NCBI GenBank assembly: GCA_903885555.1
Contig: CAISIV010000078.1
Span: forward strand, 25,686 to 89,685
Source: an uncultured Hyphomicrobiales bacterium
GTDB taxonomy: Bacteria; Pseudomonadota; Alphaproteobacteria; Rhizobiales; Xanthobacteraceae
Direction: 5' to 3'
DNA: 64,000 bases
The notes beneath the pieces were generated by a model. That model was not told the DNA's origin and did no database searches. It saw only the letters and a list, made by a program, of their open reading frames with translations. This document shows, one piece after another, positions 1 to 10,181 of the stretch; within the stretch, counting starts at the first letter, position 1; every line of letters starts with the position of its first letter. Both the position numbers and the translations under genes were made by a program.

Positions 1-595
1 GCAGCCCGTTCCGATTATCAGCCTGCGCCCGACCCAGATCACGGTCGGCATGGAGGAGGTGAAAGAAAAGCGCAAACGCCTGCGGCAACGTGGCGCGAAA
101 AAGATCGGTGATTTTCTTGGCGATCACATGATTCCGGTGATCCTCGGTCCGAAGAAGCGCCACTATGTCATCGATCACCATCACCTCGCGCTGTCATTGC
201 ACGAAGAAGGCCTCGAGAACGTGCTGGTAACGGTTGTCAGCGACCTCAGTCAGTTGACCAACGAGGACTTCTGGCTGGTGCTCGATCATCATAGCTGGGT
301 GCACCCTTACGATGAGCGCGGTCGCCGCTGCGACTTCTCCAAAATTCCGAAATCGATCGACAAGCTCAAGGACGATCCGTTCCGCAGTCTTGCCGGCGCA
401 CTCCGCCGGGTCGGCGGTTTTGCCAAGGATACGACGCCCTTCAGCGAGTTCTTGTGGGCCGATTTCCTGCGCCGGCGGATGCCGCGCAAACGCGTTGTGA
501 ATAACTTCCCGGACGCCATCAAGGAGGCGCAGAAGTTGGCTAAAAGCCTCGATGCGCGTTATCTGCCGGGCTGGTGCGGGCCGGTCGATGGATGA
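1..595 (+). CDS. ParB-like nuclease domain protein (ParBc_2-type), 5'-truncated by the window edge
   Basis: The frame is open upstream of the listed ATG (QPVPIISLRPTQITVGMEEV). The motifs LRPTQITVG, YVIDHHH and FSEFLWADFLR are typical of this family. Confidence 0.8.
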   Translation, partial: QPVPIISLRPTQITVGMEEVKEKRKRLRQRGAKKIGDFLGDHMIPVILGPKKRHYVIDHHHLALSLHEEGLENVLVTVVSDLSQLTNEDFWLVLDHHSWVHPYDERGRRCDFSKIPKSIDKLKDDPFRSLAGALRRVGGFAKDTTPFSEFLWADFLRRRMPRKRVVNNFPDAIKEAQKLAKSLDARYLPGWCGPVDG

Positions 596-612
596 ACGGA
601 CGCGCGGTCTCT

Positions 613-637
613 GGAACCTGCCGCCCGCCTCGTTGTT
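613..637 (+). promoter_or_regulatory. Candidate EcfG/RpoE2 (general stress) promoter for the DUF3096 gene
   Basis: GGAAC-N16-TGTT, 30 nt upstream of ATG 668. Confidence 0.5.
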
Positions 638-667
638 GCACTACACATCAACCCCAAAGGACATCCC

Positions 668-811
668 ATGGTCATCGGCGTCACCCATCTCGCCCCCATC
701 GTCGCGCTTGTCGCCGGCATCGCCATTCTGCTAGTGCCGCGCCTGCTCAATTTCATCGTCGCCGCCTACCTGATCATCGTCGGCATCATCGGGCTGGGGA
801 TTATCCGGTAA
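668..811 (+). CDS. DUF3096 family small membrane protein (47 aa, not in ORF track)
   Basis: Hand translation gives MVIGVTHLAPIVALVAGIAILLVPRLLNFIVAAYLIIVGIIGLGIIR*. AGIxILxxPRLLNxIVAxYLIxxG is the DUF3096 pattern, and AAAGGA lies upstream. Confidence 0.85.
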   Translation: MVIGVTHLAPIVALVAGIAILLVPRLLNFIVAAYLIIVGIIGLGIIR

Positions 812-882
812 TCATTAGGGTGGGCTTGCCACTGCGGGCGCGGGGGTGCTTTTAAAAGGCTGCCCAATGCGAGTGATGACCT

Positions 883-3687
883 ATGGCTAAACGCAAAGCT
901 GCGCGCGCAAGCGCCAAATCGAAGAAGTCCGTGAAAAAGGCCGTAAAGGCCAAAGTCACGACAAAGGCGAAGCCGAAAGCTGCGGCCAAAGCTGCCGCGA
1001 CCGGCGCCAAAGGCAAATGGGTCTATTCGTTTGGCGGCGGCAAGGCCGAAGGCAAACCGAACATGCGCAACCTGCTGGGTGGCAAGGGCGCAGGTTTGGC
1101 CGAAATGGCGAGCCTCGGTCTTCCTGTGCCGCCGGGCTTCACCATCACGACGGAAGTCTGCACCTACTACTACGCCAACAAGCAGCAGTATCCGAAAGAA
1201 CTGCAGAGCCAGGTCGTCAAGGCGCTGGCGCAGGTCGGCAAGATCACCGGCAAGGTTTTCGGCGACAAACACAATCCGCTGCTGGTCTCGGTGCGCTCCG
1301 GCGCGCGCGCCTCGATGCCGGGCATGATGGACACCGTGCTCAATCTCGGCCTCAACGACGAGACCGTGGTGGCGCTGGCGAAGCAGTCCGGCGATCGGCG
1401 CTTTGCCTTCGACAGCTATCGCCGCTTCATCACGATGTATTCCGACGTCGTGCTCGGCGTCGGCCATGAGCACTTCGAGGAATTGCTCGACATCTACAAG
1501 GAGCGTCAGGGCTATACGCTCGATACCGATCTCTCGGCCGACGACTGGGTTGAACTCGTCGAGCGCTACAAGAAGCGCGTCAAGGACGAACTCGGCAAGG
1601 ACTTCCCGCAGGATCCGCAGGAGCAACTGTGGGGCGCGATCGGCGCCGTGTTCGGTTCGTGGATGAATGCGCGCGCGATTACGTATCGCCGCCTCAACAG
1701 CGTGCCGGAAGGCTGGGGCACCGCGGTCAACGTACAGGCCATGGTGTTCGGCAATCTCGGCGAGACGTCGGCGACAGGCGTTGCCTTCACGCGCAATCCC
1801 TCGACCGGCGAGCGCAAGCTCTACGGCGAATTCCTCATCAACGCGCAGGGCGAGGACGTCGTTGCCGGCATCCGCACACCGCAGGAAATTTCCGAAGCTG
1901 CGCGCGCCGAAGCCGGCTCCGACAAGCCGTCGATGGAAGCGACCATGCCGGACGCTTTCAAGGAGTTGACTCGTATCTACACCGTGCTCGAGCGCCACTA
2001 TCGTGACATGCAGGACCTCGAATTCACGGTCGAGCAGGGCACGCTGTGGATGCTGCAGACCCGCTCCGGCAAGCGCACCGCGAAAGCGGCACTACGAATT
2101 GCGGTGGAGCTTGCGAATGAAAAATTGATCACGCGGGAAGAAGCGATCCTGCGCATCGATCCGCTGACGCTCGACCAATTGTTGCATCCGACCATCGATC
2201 CGCGCGCGCATCGCAAGGTGGTCGCGACCGGTCTGCCGGCCTCGCCCGGCGCGGCGAGCGGCGAGATCGTGTTTTCGTCCGAGGACGCGGAAACTTTGAA
2301 GTCCGACGGCCGCAGGGTCATTCTGGTACGCGTCGAGACCTCGCCTGAAGATATTCACGGCATGCACGCCGCCGAAGGCATTCTCACCACGCGCGGCGGC
2401 ATGACCTCGCACGCCGCCGTCGTCGCGCGCGGCATGGGCAAGCCTTGCGTCTCTGGCGCCGGTACGCTGCGCGTCGACTACAATGCCGGCACCATGACGG
2501 CCGCCGGCCAGGTGTTCAAAAAAGGCGACTTCATCACGGTCGACGGCTCGACCGGCCAGGTGCTGGCCGGCAAGATCGACATGGTTCAGCCGGAACTGTC
2601 CGGCGAATTTTCCACGTTGATCGGCTGGGCCGACAAGGTGCGCAAGCTCGGTGTACGCGCCAATGCCGACACACCAACGGACGCCAAGGCCGCCGTGCGC
2701 TTCGGCGCCGAAGGCATCGGCCTGTGCCGCACCGAGCATATGTTCTTCGACGAGGAGCGCATCCAGGCGGTGCGCGAGATGATCCTGTCGGACGACGAGA
2801 AGTCGCGACGCGCCGCGCTCGCCAAGCTGCTGCCGATGCAGCGCAACGACTTCACCGAATTGTTCGAGATCATGGAGGGCCGTCCGGTCACCATCCGTCT
2901 GCTCGATCCGCCGCTGCACGAATTCCTGCCGCACGGCGAGGAAGAGATCGCCGAGGTCGCCGCCGCCATGGGCGCCGATCCCAAGAAACTGTCCGACCGC
3001 GCCCGCGAACTGCACGAGTTCAATCCGATGCTCGGCTTCCGCGGCTGCCGTATCGCGATTGCCTATCCGGAAATCGCCGAGATGCAGGCGCGCGCCATTT
3101 TCGAAGCCGCAGTCGAAGCCGAAAAGCGCACCGGCAAGCCGGTCAAGCCGGAAGTGATGGTGCCGCTGATCGCCACCAAGGCCGAGTTCGAACTGGTCAA
3201 GAAGCGCATCGATGCCATGGCGCAGGCCGTCTCGAAGGAGAGTGGCGCCAAGCTTACCTACGACGTCGGAACGATGATTGAATTACCCCGCGCATGCCTG
3301 ATGGCCGGCGAGATCGCGGAAAGCGCCGAGTTCTTCTCGTTCGGTACCAACGATCTGACGCAGACCACGTTCGGCATTTCACGCGACGACGCCGCTAGCT
3401 TCCTCGGTATCTACACCGCGCGCGGTATTCTGGGCGCCGACCCGTTCGTCTCGATCGATCAGCAGGGCGTCGGCGAACTGGTCAAAATCGGCGTCGAACG
3501 TGGCCGCAAGGTTCGTCCGAAGCTCAAAGTGGGCATCTGCGGCGAACACGGCGGCGATCCGGCCTCGGTGGCGTTCTGCCACGAAGCCAAGCTCGATTAC
3601 GTGTCGTGCTCGCCGTTCCGTGTGCCCATTGCGCGGCTTTCCGCCGCACAGGCGGCCTTGGGCAAGACCGCTGCCAGCCAAGCCTGA
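883..3687 (+). CDS. ppdK: Pyruvate, phosphate dikinase with Lys/Ala-rich N-terminal extension
   Basis: LLGGKGAGLAEM, PLLVSVRSGARASMPGMMDT, GGMTSHAAVVAR (phospho-His), GIGLCRTEHMF, FFSFGTNDLTQ, GICGEHGG. Confidence 0.98.
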   Translation: MAKRKAARASAKSKKSVKKAVKAKVTTKAKPKAAAKAAATGAKGKWVYSFGGGKAEGKPNMRNLLGGKGAGLAEMASLGLPVPPGFTITTEVCTYYYANKQQYPKELQSQVVKALAQVGKITGKVFGDKHNPLLVSVRSGARASMPGMMDTVLNLGLNDETVVALAKQSGDRRFAFDSYRRFITMYSDVVLGVGHEHFEELLDIYKERQGYTLDTDLSADDWVELVERYKKRVKDELGKDFPQDPQEQLWGAIGAVFGSWMNARAITYRRLNSVPEGWGTAVNVQAMVFGNLGETSATGVAFTRNPSTGERKLYGEFLINAQGEDVVAGIRTPQEISEAARAEAGSDKPSMEATMPDAFKELTRIYTVLERHYRDMQDLEFTVEQGTLWMLQTRSGKRTAKAALRIAVELANEKLITREEAILRIDPLTLDQLLHPTIDPRAHRKVVATGLPASPGAASGEIVFSSEDAETLKSDGRRVILVRVETSPEDIHGMHAAEGILTTRGGMTSHAAVVARGMGKPCVSGAGTLRVDYNAGTMTAAGQVFKKGDFITVDGSTGQVLAGKIDMVQPELSGEFSTLIGWADKVRKLGVRANADTPTDAKAAVRFGAEGIGLCRTEHMFFDEERIQAVREMILSDDEKSRRAALAKLLPMQRNDFTELFEIMEGRPVTIRLLDPPLHEFLPHGEEEIAEVAAAMGADPKKLSDRARELHEFNPMLGFRGCRIAIAYPEIAEMQARAIFEAAVEAEKRTGKPVKPEVMVPLIATKAEFELVKKRIDAMAQAVSKESGAKLTYDVGTMIELPRACLMAGEIAESAEFFSFGTNDLTQTTFGISRDDAASFLGIYTARGILGADPFVSIDQQGVGELVKIGVERGRKVRPKLKVGICGEHGGDPASVAFCHEAKLDYVSCSPFRVPIARLSAAQAALGKTAASQA

Positions 3688-3729
3688 TAACAAGTCTGAT
3701 AAGACGACTGCACCAAAGCCGGGGACATT

Positions 3730-4005
3730 ATGGATACGGGCCGCATTTTCATCATCTACGCGACCGTGGTCGGCCTGATCGTGGGCGGCGTCATCGTGCT
3801 TTATCCGCAAAGTCGCGACTTTACAGTTGCGCCATATTTCTGGATTCTGATCGCCTTCGGTGTGTTCGAACTGGTGGCCTTTGCCCGCTCCAGCAATGGC
3901 GGTCCGCCGATCACCGGTACGACGCGGATTATCAGTTTCGCCATCGCGCTTGTGCTGATGGTCGTGATCCCGATGGCCGCCGGGATGCCGATGAAGATTT
4001 TCTAG
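3730..4005 (+). CDS. Small hypothetical membrane protein (about 3 TM)
   Basis: 91-aa ORF with three hydrophobic segments. It fills the gap between ppdK and the MCP and has GGGGA upstream. Confidence 0.7.
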   Translation: MDTGRIFIIYATVVGLIVGGVIVLYPQSRDFTVAPYFWILIAFGVFELVAFARSSNGGPPITGTTRIISFAIALVLMVVIPMAAGMPMKIF

Positions 4006-4011
4006 ACCGCG

Positions 4012-5364
4012 CTACACCGCGACCTTGATCAGGAAGTCCTCGACCTCGAGCCGCAGGTTCGACACGGCGGCATCAACCTTCTCCGAGGCATCGCGCACCA
4101 CGCCCGCCGAAGCGCGCGTTTCGGTCGCGGCGCCCGCGACTTCGCCCAGCACCTCGACGACATCTCCAGTGCCTTTGGCGGCGCTCGCGACGTTGTGGGA
4201 GATTTCTCCGGTCGCCGCATTCTGTTGCTCGACCGCGGCGGCGACGGCCGAGGTGAATCGATTGATCTCCTGCATACGCCCCACGATCTGGCGGATCGCA
4301 TCGACCGCGCCGGCGGTCGAGTCCTGAACGCCGAGAATGTGAGCGGCGATATCCTCCGTCGCCTTGGCGGTCTGCACCGCCAGCGATTTCACTTCGGATG
4401 CCACCACCGCAAAGCCTCGGCCGGCTTCGCCGGCGCGCGCGGCTTCGATCGTCGCGTTGAGCGCCAGGAGATTGGTCTGCCCGGCAATATCGCGGATCAG
4501 CTTGATGACGTCGCCGATCTTCTGCGCGCCTTGAGCAAGACCGGCGATTTCATCGTCGGTCGAGCGCGCTTCGCCGGTCGCGAGTTCGACGATATTGCTG
4601 GTGTCCGTCAATTGACGGCTAATTTCCGCGATGGAATGCGACAGTTCTTCGGCCGCAACCGCCGCCGTCTCCACATTGGCGGAGGCTTCGTGGAATGCAT
4701 GCACGGCGCTTTCGGCGCGTTGCGACGTCTGTTCGGACGAACTGAACAAAGCACCGGCCGTCTTGCGCATTGCGGAGGCGCTACTGCTGACGCTGGAGAG
4801 CAACTTCTCGACTTGCGGGCGGAACGTGGTGATCGCCGCGTCGATTGTCGTGCGGCGCTCTTCCTGGCCGCGGATGGCGGCGCGTTCCTGTTCGGCGCTG
4901 CGTTGCTCGGTGACATCCTCATGCGTGGAAACCCAGCCGCCGCCGGGCAAAGGCTGGTTCTTGGCGAGCACGATGCGGCCGTCGCTGGCCGTAACATAGT
5001 GGAACATCTCCTTGCCCTGGGTCATCTCCTCCATGATCTTGCGGCAGTACGGCTCGACGTCGCCCTTGAACAGGCCTGTATCCTTGCGATGCTGGAGCAG
5101 TTGTGTGAGCGAACAGCCCGGCTTCACGATGTCCGGCGACAGGCTGTACATGTCGAGATAGCGCCGGTTGAGCAACGTGATGCGGCCTTGCCCGTCGAAT
5201 ACGTTGAGGCCTTGCGACATATTGTCGACCGCGTCGGACAGCCTTCGGAATCGCGACGACTGGCGCCTCTGAAGCATGACGGCGGCTGCCAAGGCTGCGA
5301 TGCACGAGGCAGCGAGCAGCATCATCTGGCCTGCTATGGTCGATGGCAAAATCGAAATGAGCAT
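4012..5364 (-). CDS. Methyl-accepting chemotaxis protein with PAS domain
   Basis: One N-terminal TM, PAS-like [13 protein letters not shown]...LLNRRY, and MCP signature [34 protein letters not shown]. Confidence 0.93.
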   Translation of the reverse strand: MLISILPSTIAGQMMLLAASCIAALAAAVMLQRRQSSRFRRLSDAVDNMSQGLNVFDGQGRITLLNRRYLDMYSLSPDIVKPGCSLTQLLQHRKDTGLFKGDVEPYCRKIMEEMTQGKEMFHYVTASDGRIVLAKNQPLPGGGWVSTHEDVTEQRSAEQERAAIRGQEERRTTIDAAITTFRPQVEKLLSSVSSSASAMRKTAGALFSSSEQTSQRAESAVHAFHEASANVETAAVAAEELSHSIAEISRQLTDTSNIVELATGEARSTDDEIAGLAQGAQKIGDVIKLIRDIAGQTNLLALNATIEAARAGEAGRGFAVVASEVKSLAVQTAKATEDIAAHILGVQDSTAGAVDAIRQIVGRMQEINRFTSAVAAAVEQQNAATGEISHNVASAAKGTGDVVEVLGEVAGAATETRASAGVVRDASEKVDAAVSNLRLEVEDFLIKVAV

Positions 5365-5672
5365 CCGAGCTCGCGGTAGTGGGAAACCGCATCATGCGTT
5401 GTCACGATTGCGATATAGTTAATAAAATTTTCTCAACGGTTGCCGTGGGGGCTCACGGCAACTGAAAAGGCCTCTGTTTTGCATGAATTCGCGCCAACAG
5501 GTCGTCGTTCTGTGCAGTCGTTGACGAAGGGTTTACGAAGCTGGAACTGCGTTGCGAGCGTTTGCCGCGGTTAACAGCTTCGCAAGGTTAATCAGTCCAT
5601 AAAAAAGCAGATCGCATTGTCGTCAGTCCGGCGGCGGGCGTGGACCTGATTTTCGTTGTGGTGGCGTAGCGC

Positions 5673-7010
5673 GTGCGTATGTCGGTTCCCAAGAAGCGTC
5701 GTCGAAGGAAGCTCGCACGGGTCGTTTCCGGCGTGCTTGTCTTCAGCCTTCTGCCCAGCACCATCGGTTTCCAGGATCTCGGCGCCTTGATTGCAGGCCA
5801 GCCGGCGGTTGCCGAGCGCGCTCGCGCACGATTGATCGCTTCGCCGTTTGGCACCATTCACGCCGCGACCTTCAGCATGCCGCGTCCGGTCGGCACCGCG
5901 ATCCCGCCGCCGCCGCTTTACGCGCTTGCTAATTTCGATCCGTCCGACATCACGGCGTCGATCGGTTCGCAGCCGCTCGGCGATCCGACGGCGACGCTGC
6001 AATTCCCTACCGTCAACCGCAAGACCAAGCGGGACTCTTTACTTTCGCGCACACGCGAACCAATGCCGCCATTGCCGCCGGTCGCGATGACCGAACCGCC
6101 GCCGGTGCAGGCTGAGGCCGCGCTGAAAGTCGAAAAGAACGAAGGCCGCTTCGAGCCTTACTCGGAATACGAATTTCCCGAAGCGCCGGGCCGCGACAGC
6201 GCCGCCGCCGACGTCGATATTCCCTATGCCGATATTCCGCCGACCAATCTCGCAGCGATCGCGCCGCAAATTCCCGCCAAGCACGACGATGGCCGCATCT
6301 TCTTCGGCGGCGATCCTTTGGCCTCGGAGCAGGAAGCCATCGCGCCATGGGCGCCGGGCGAAGCGCCTGTCGTGCTGGCCTCGCGTGCGTCGGGCGACAC
6401 CGACATCAAGCAGTCCGCGCTCGCGCCGCCCAAGGCTGGCGACATCAGCACGGGCGAAAGCATCGCCAGCAAGGGCGAGGTCACCGGCGACGACAAGCGG
6501 CCGAGATCGCCGGCCGAGCGGCTTGGCATCACCGGTGCCGAACGCGCCAAGGCGGAGAAGTGTCTCGCAAACGCCGTCTATTTTGAATCGCGCGGCGAAC
6601 CGGTGCGCGGGCAAATTGCGGTGGCACAGGTCGTGATGAACCGCGTGTTCTCGCCGTTCTATCCCAAGACCGTCTGCGGCGTGGTCTATCAGAATGCCCA
6701 CCGCCACAATTCCTGCCAGTTCACTTTTGCCTGCGATGGCATTCCCGACATCGTCACCGAGCCGGATGCTTGGGAGCGCGCCAAGCGCATTGCCCGCGAC
6801 ACGCTCGACGGCAAGCTGTGGATGCCCGAAGTGGCCAAGTCGACGCACTATCATGCCTTCTGGGTGCACCCGAGCTGGGTCGGCGAAATGAAGAAGCTCT
6901 ACAGCCTCGGCGTCCACAAGTTCTACCGGCCGCTGAACTGGGGCGATGGGTCCGACGAACCGACCTGGGGTGATGCCAAAGCCACCGAGGCCGAAGCTAA
7001 ACGGCTGTAA
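5673..7010 (+). CDS. Cell wall hydrolase (SleB/Hydrolase_2 family)
   Basis: C-terminal CLANAVYFESRGEPVRGQIAVAQVVMNR and CQFTFACDG, with an N-terminal anchor and a Pro-rich linker. Confidence 0.92.
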   Translation: MRMSVPKKRRRRKLARVVSGVLVFSLLPSTIGFQDLGALIAGQPAVAERARARLIASPFGTIHAATFSMPRPVGTAIPPPPLYALANFDPSDITASIGSQPLGDPTATLQFPTVNRKTKRDSLLSRTREPMPPLPPVAMTEPPPVQAEAALKVEKNEGRFEPYSEYEFPEAPGRDSAAADVDIPYADIPPTNLAAIAPQIPAKHDDGRIFFGGDPLASEQEAIAPWAPGEAPVVLASRASGDTDIKQSALAPPKAGDISTGESIASKGEVTGDDKRPRSPAERLGITGAERAKAEKCLANAVYFESRGEPVRGQIAVAQVVMNRVFSPFYPKTVCGVVYQNAHRHNSCQFTFACDGIPDIVTEPDAWERAKRIARDTLDGKLWMPEVAKSTHYHAFWVHPSWVGEMKKLYSLGVHKFYRPLNWGDGSDEPTWGDAKATEAEAKRL

Positions 7011-7146
7011 ACTCGCCGTTTTTGCGCGGGCTATGCACCGGGCAAATGCCGCGCATCACCAATTTTCGTTATGAAGTGCCTCGGAATCTCCCTATGTTCC
7101 GCTCTTCCGGCGCGGGTATTCTGCTGTCCGGAGCAGGAAATTTCGC

Positions 7147-8397
7147 ATGACATTGCAAGGCGCGACGGGACGGGCAGCGGCGGCTGTGGGATGGCGGACG
7201 CCATTGGTAGTGGTGATCTGCGGCTGTCTGATCGCGATGATCAGCTTCGGTCCGCGCTCGTCGCTCGGCTTCTTCCTCAGCCCGATGTCGATGGCCAATC
7301 ACTGGGGCCGCGACGTCTTCGCGATAGCGCTGGCGATTCAGAACCTGCTGTGGGGCGTCGGCCAGCCTTTCGCCGGCGCGATCGCCGATAAATACGGCAC
7401 CAACAAAGTTCTGGCCTTCGGCGCGATCCTGTATGCGGCCGGCATCGGCTTGATGGGCTATTCGACGACGCCCGGCACGCTCGATCTGACCGCCGGCGTT
7501 CTGATCGGCTTTGGTCTGTCGGCGAGCTCCTTCACCATCGTCATCGGCGGCTTCGGCAAGCTGCTGCCGGAAGAGTGGCGCTCACTCGCTTTCGGTGTCG
7601 GCACTGGCGCTGGCTCGTTCGGGCAATTTTTGTTTTCGCCGATCGGCGTTTATCTGATGCACGCTTATGGCTGGCAGACCGCGCTGCTGATTTTCAGCGG
7701 CGTGCTGCTGCTGATCTTGCCATTGTCTTTAGCGCTGGCGACGCCGCCGCGTCCGGCCGGGGCACCGGCGCCGCTCGCCGGTCAATCGATAAAGCAGGCA
7801 TTGACTGAAGCCTTCGGTCATCGCTCTTACGTGCTGCTGGTGCTCGGCTTCTTCACCTGCGGCTTCCAGCTCGCATTCGTCACCGTGCATCTGCCGTCCT
7901 ATCTGATCGACCGCGGTATCTCGGCCGAGGTCGGCGGCTGGACGCTCGCGGTCATCGGTCTGTTCAACATCGTCGGTTCCATGACGTCCGGCTATCTCGG
8001 CAGCCGCATGCCAAAACGCTACATTTTGTCGATCATCTACTTCGGCCGCGCGCTGTCGATCGTCGCCTTCATCCTGGTGCCGGCGACCACAACGACGACG
8101 CTGATCTTCGGTGCGGTCACAGGGCTGCTGTGGCTCTCGACCGTGCCACCGACGTCGGGATTGGTAGCTGTGATGTTCGGCACGCGATGGATGACGATGC
8201 TGTTCGGCTTTGCCTTCTTCAGCCATCAGGTCGGCGGTTTCCTCGGCGTGCTGCTGGGCGGCCTCGTGTTCGAACGCTGGGGTTCCTACGATCCCGTGTG
8301 GTGGCTGTCGGTATTCTTCGGCGTCGCCTCAGCACTGATCAATCTGCCGATCGTCGAGAAGCCGGTGGTGCGGCCCGCGGTCCCCGCCGCGGCTTGA
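7147..8397 (+). CDS. MFS transporter
   Basis: About 12 TM segments and the motif GAIADKYG. Confidence 0.92.
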   Translation: MTLQGATGRAAAAVGWRTPLVVVICGCLIAMISFGPRSSLGFFLSPMSMANHWGRDVFAIALAIQNLLWGVGQPFAGAIADKYGTNKVLAFGAILYAAGIGLMGYSTTPGTLDLTAGVLIGFGLSASSFTIVIGGFGKLLPEEWRSLAFGVGTGAGSFGQFLFSPIGVYLMHAYGWQTALLIFSGVLLLILPLSLALATPPRPAGAPAPLAGQSIKQALTEAFGHRSYVLLVLGFFTCGFQLAFVTVHLPSYLIDRGISAEVGGWTLAVIGLFNIVGSMTSGYLGSRMPKRYILSIIYFGRALSIVAFILVPATTTTTLIFGAVTGLLWLSTVPPTSGLVAVMFGTRWMTMLFGFAFFSHQVGGFLGVLLGGLVFERWGSYDPVWWLSVFFGVASALINLPIVEKPVVRPAVPAAA

Positions 8398-8473
8398 TTG
8401 AGCCGCGCTTGATTGTCTTGCGCCTCCGGCGCGGGCGCGTCACAAATGCTCCCAAAATAAAGGGAGCAGGCGC

Positions 8474-9460
8474 GTGGGCACATTCAAGGCGATGGTGATC
8501 GAGAAAACGGAGAGCGGCACCAAGGCCGCCCTGACGGATTTCGACGAAGCCAATCTGATGGATGGCGACGTCACCGTTGCGGTCGACTATTCCACCGTGA
8601 ATTACAAAGACGGCCTCGCGATTACCGGCAAGGCGCCGGTGGTGCGCCGCTTCCCGATGATCGCCGGCGTCGACTTTGCCGGCACGGTCGAGAGTTCAAC
8701 CAATCTCAACTGGAAGCCGGGCGACAAGGTCATCCTCAACGGCTGGGGCACCGGCGAAACGCACCTCGGCGCATATGCGGAAAAAACCCGCGTCAAAGGC
8801 GACTGGCTGGTGCGGCTGCCGGCCAGCATGACCACGCGCGAAGCCATGGCGATCGGCACCGCCGGCTACACCGCCATGCTCGCGGTGATGGCGCTGGAGC
8901 GTCACGGCCTGACGCCCGAGCGCGGCCCCATTGCCGTTACCGGCGCTGCCGGTGGCGTCGGCTCGGTTGCCGTCGCGATCTTGGCCGGCAAGGGCTTTTC
9001 CGTCAGCGCGATCACCGGGCGGCCGGAGGAGGGCGACTATCTCAAGAGCCTCGGCGCGACCGAGATCGTCGAGCGCAAGGATCTCGCCGGGCCTGTGAAG
9101 ATGCTTGCCAAGGAGCGCTGGGCCGGCGGCATCGACTCCGTCGGCTCCACGACGCTAGCCAACCTGCTGTCGATGACGCGCTATGGCGGCGCGGTGGCCG
9201 CCTGCGGGCTAGCCGGCGGCATGGACCTGCCGACCTCAGTCGCGCCCTTCATTTTGCGCGGGGTGTGTCTTTACGGCATCGACTCCGTGATGTGCCCGAT
9301 CGAGCTACGGCGGGAGGCGTGGAAAAGGCTGGAAACGGAGCTGGATCGCCCCAAACTGGCCGCGATGACCCGCGAAATTGGCCTTTCCGGGGTTCCCGAG
9401 GCTGCCGCGGCCATTCTGGCGGGCCAGGTCCGGGGCCGGATCGTGGTCAAAATCAGGTAA
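8474..9460 (+). CDS. acuI: Acrylyl-CoA reductase AcuI/YhdH-family MDR oxidoreductase
   Basis: STVNYKDGLA, VTGAAGGVGSVA, TSVAPFILRGV, GIDSV. GTG start. Confidence 0.88.
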   Translation: MGTFKAMVIEKTESGTKAALTDFDEANLMDGDVTVAVDYSTVNYKDGLAITGKAPVVRRFPMIAGVDFAGTVESSTNLNWKPGDKVILNGWGTGETHLGAYAEKTRVKGDWLVRLPASMTTREAMAIGTAGYTAMLAVMALERHGLTPERGPIAVTGAAGGVGSVAVAILAGKGFSVSAITGRPEEGDYLKSLGATEIVERKDLAGPVKMLAKERWAGGIDSVGSTTLANLLSMTRYGGAVAACGLAGGMDLPTSVAPFILRGVCLYGIDSVMCPIELRREAWKRLETELDRPKLAAMTREIGLSGVPEAAAAILAGQVRGRIVVKIR

Positions 9461-9562
9461 AGGCGTTCAGGATTTGGCGACTTTCGTTAGGCATAATCCC
9501 GGCAGGCTTGAAAAATAGGCCGCGTTTTCGCTTAAATAGTGGCGTCAGTCGGAGTTGTGTAA

Positions 9563-10027
9563 ATGTTGCGTGGTGTTGCGTTTGCGGCTGCCCTGTTGGC
9601 GGCGGTCCCGGCAATTGCTGGCGAGACGATGAGCCCTGAAGAAGCGCGCCGCTTCGTCGTCGGCAAGATGTTCACCTACACCTGTTTCGAAGGCACCCGC
9701 GGCCAGGGCCGCGTGATGCACGACGGGTCCGTGGTGGGCTCCATTCAATTCCAGGGCGCTGGACAGCTGCGTTATGCCGCGCTGCCGGCCGGCACGCTGC
9801 AGGTCAAGAACGACTCGGTCTGTGCTTCGGTGCGCGGCATGCCGTTTTCGCCGTGCTTCAATCTGACCAAGCTCGATGAGAAGAGCTTCCGCGGTGCGGT
9901 CTCGGGCTTCGGCTTTGCTTCGTGCGAGTTCACCCGGCAGAACGGCCGCGCCGCCGTGATCCGCAGCACGCACAACGAACCGCTGCGTCTGCGGCCTTCG
10001 ATTACCGCCAACGCCAGCGCCAACTAG
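9563..10027 (+). CDS. Exported hypothetical protein with four Cys
   Basis: Signal peptide ending AIA-G, upstream GGAG, coding-like composition. Confidence 0.8.
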   Translation: MLRGVAFAAALLAAVPAIAGETMSPEEARRFVVGKMFTYTCFEGTRGQGRVMHDGSVVGSIQFQGAGQLRYAALPAGTLQVKNDSVCASVRGMPFSPCFNLTKLDEKSFRGAVSGFGFASCEFTRQNGRAAVIRSTHNEPLRLRPSITANASAN

Positions 10028-10181
10028 GTTCCGCCGGCCAGTCGCTTACTGAAGCATGGTCGGCGTGGAACTTTATTTATTTCCAATTTCTTAATCCGAG
10101 TCACCGCTCTTTGCGTGGTGCCGGTGAAACTGCGTCTGCAGTGCGCCGGCTGTCGATGAGCGTGAAATGACGGGCTAGGTC

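Noticed and set aside
766-1998. 410-aa minus-strand ORF (also 2092-3015)
   Set aside because: Antisense shadow of ppdK, typical of high-GC codon bias, with no family motifs.
3684-3702. CTGATAA direct repeat at the ppdK stop
   Set aside because: Only 7 bp in two copies, which is within chance.
10067-10094. GAACTT...TCTTA sigmaE-like promoter before the beta-barrel gene
   Set aside because: The spacer is 15 nt and the region is AT-rich, so a chance match is likely.
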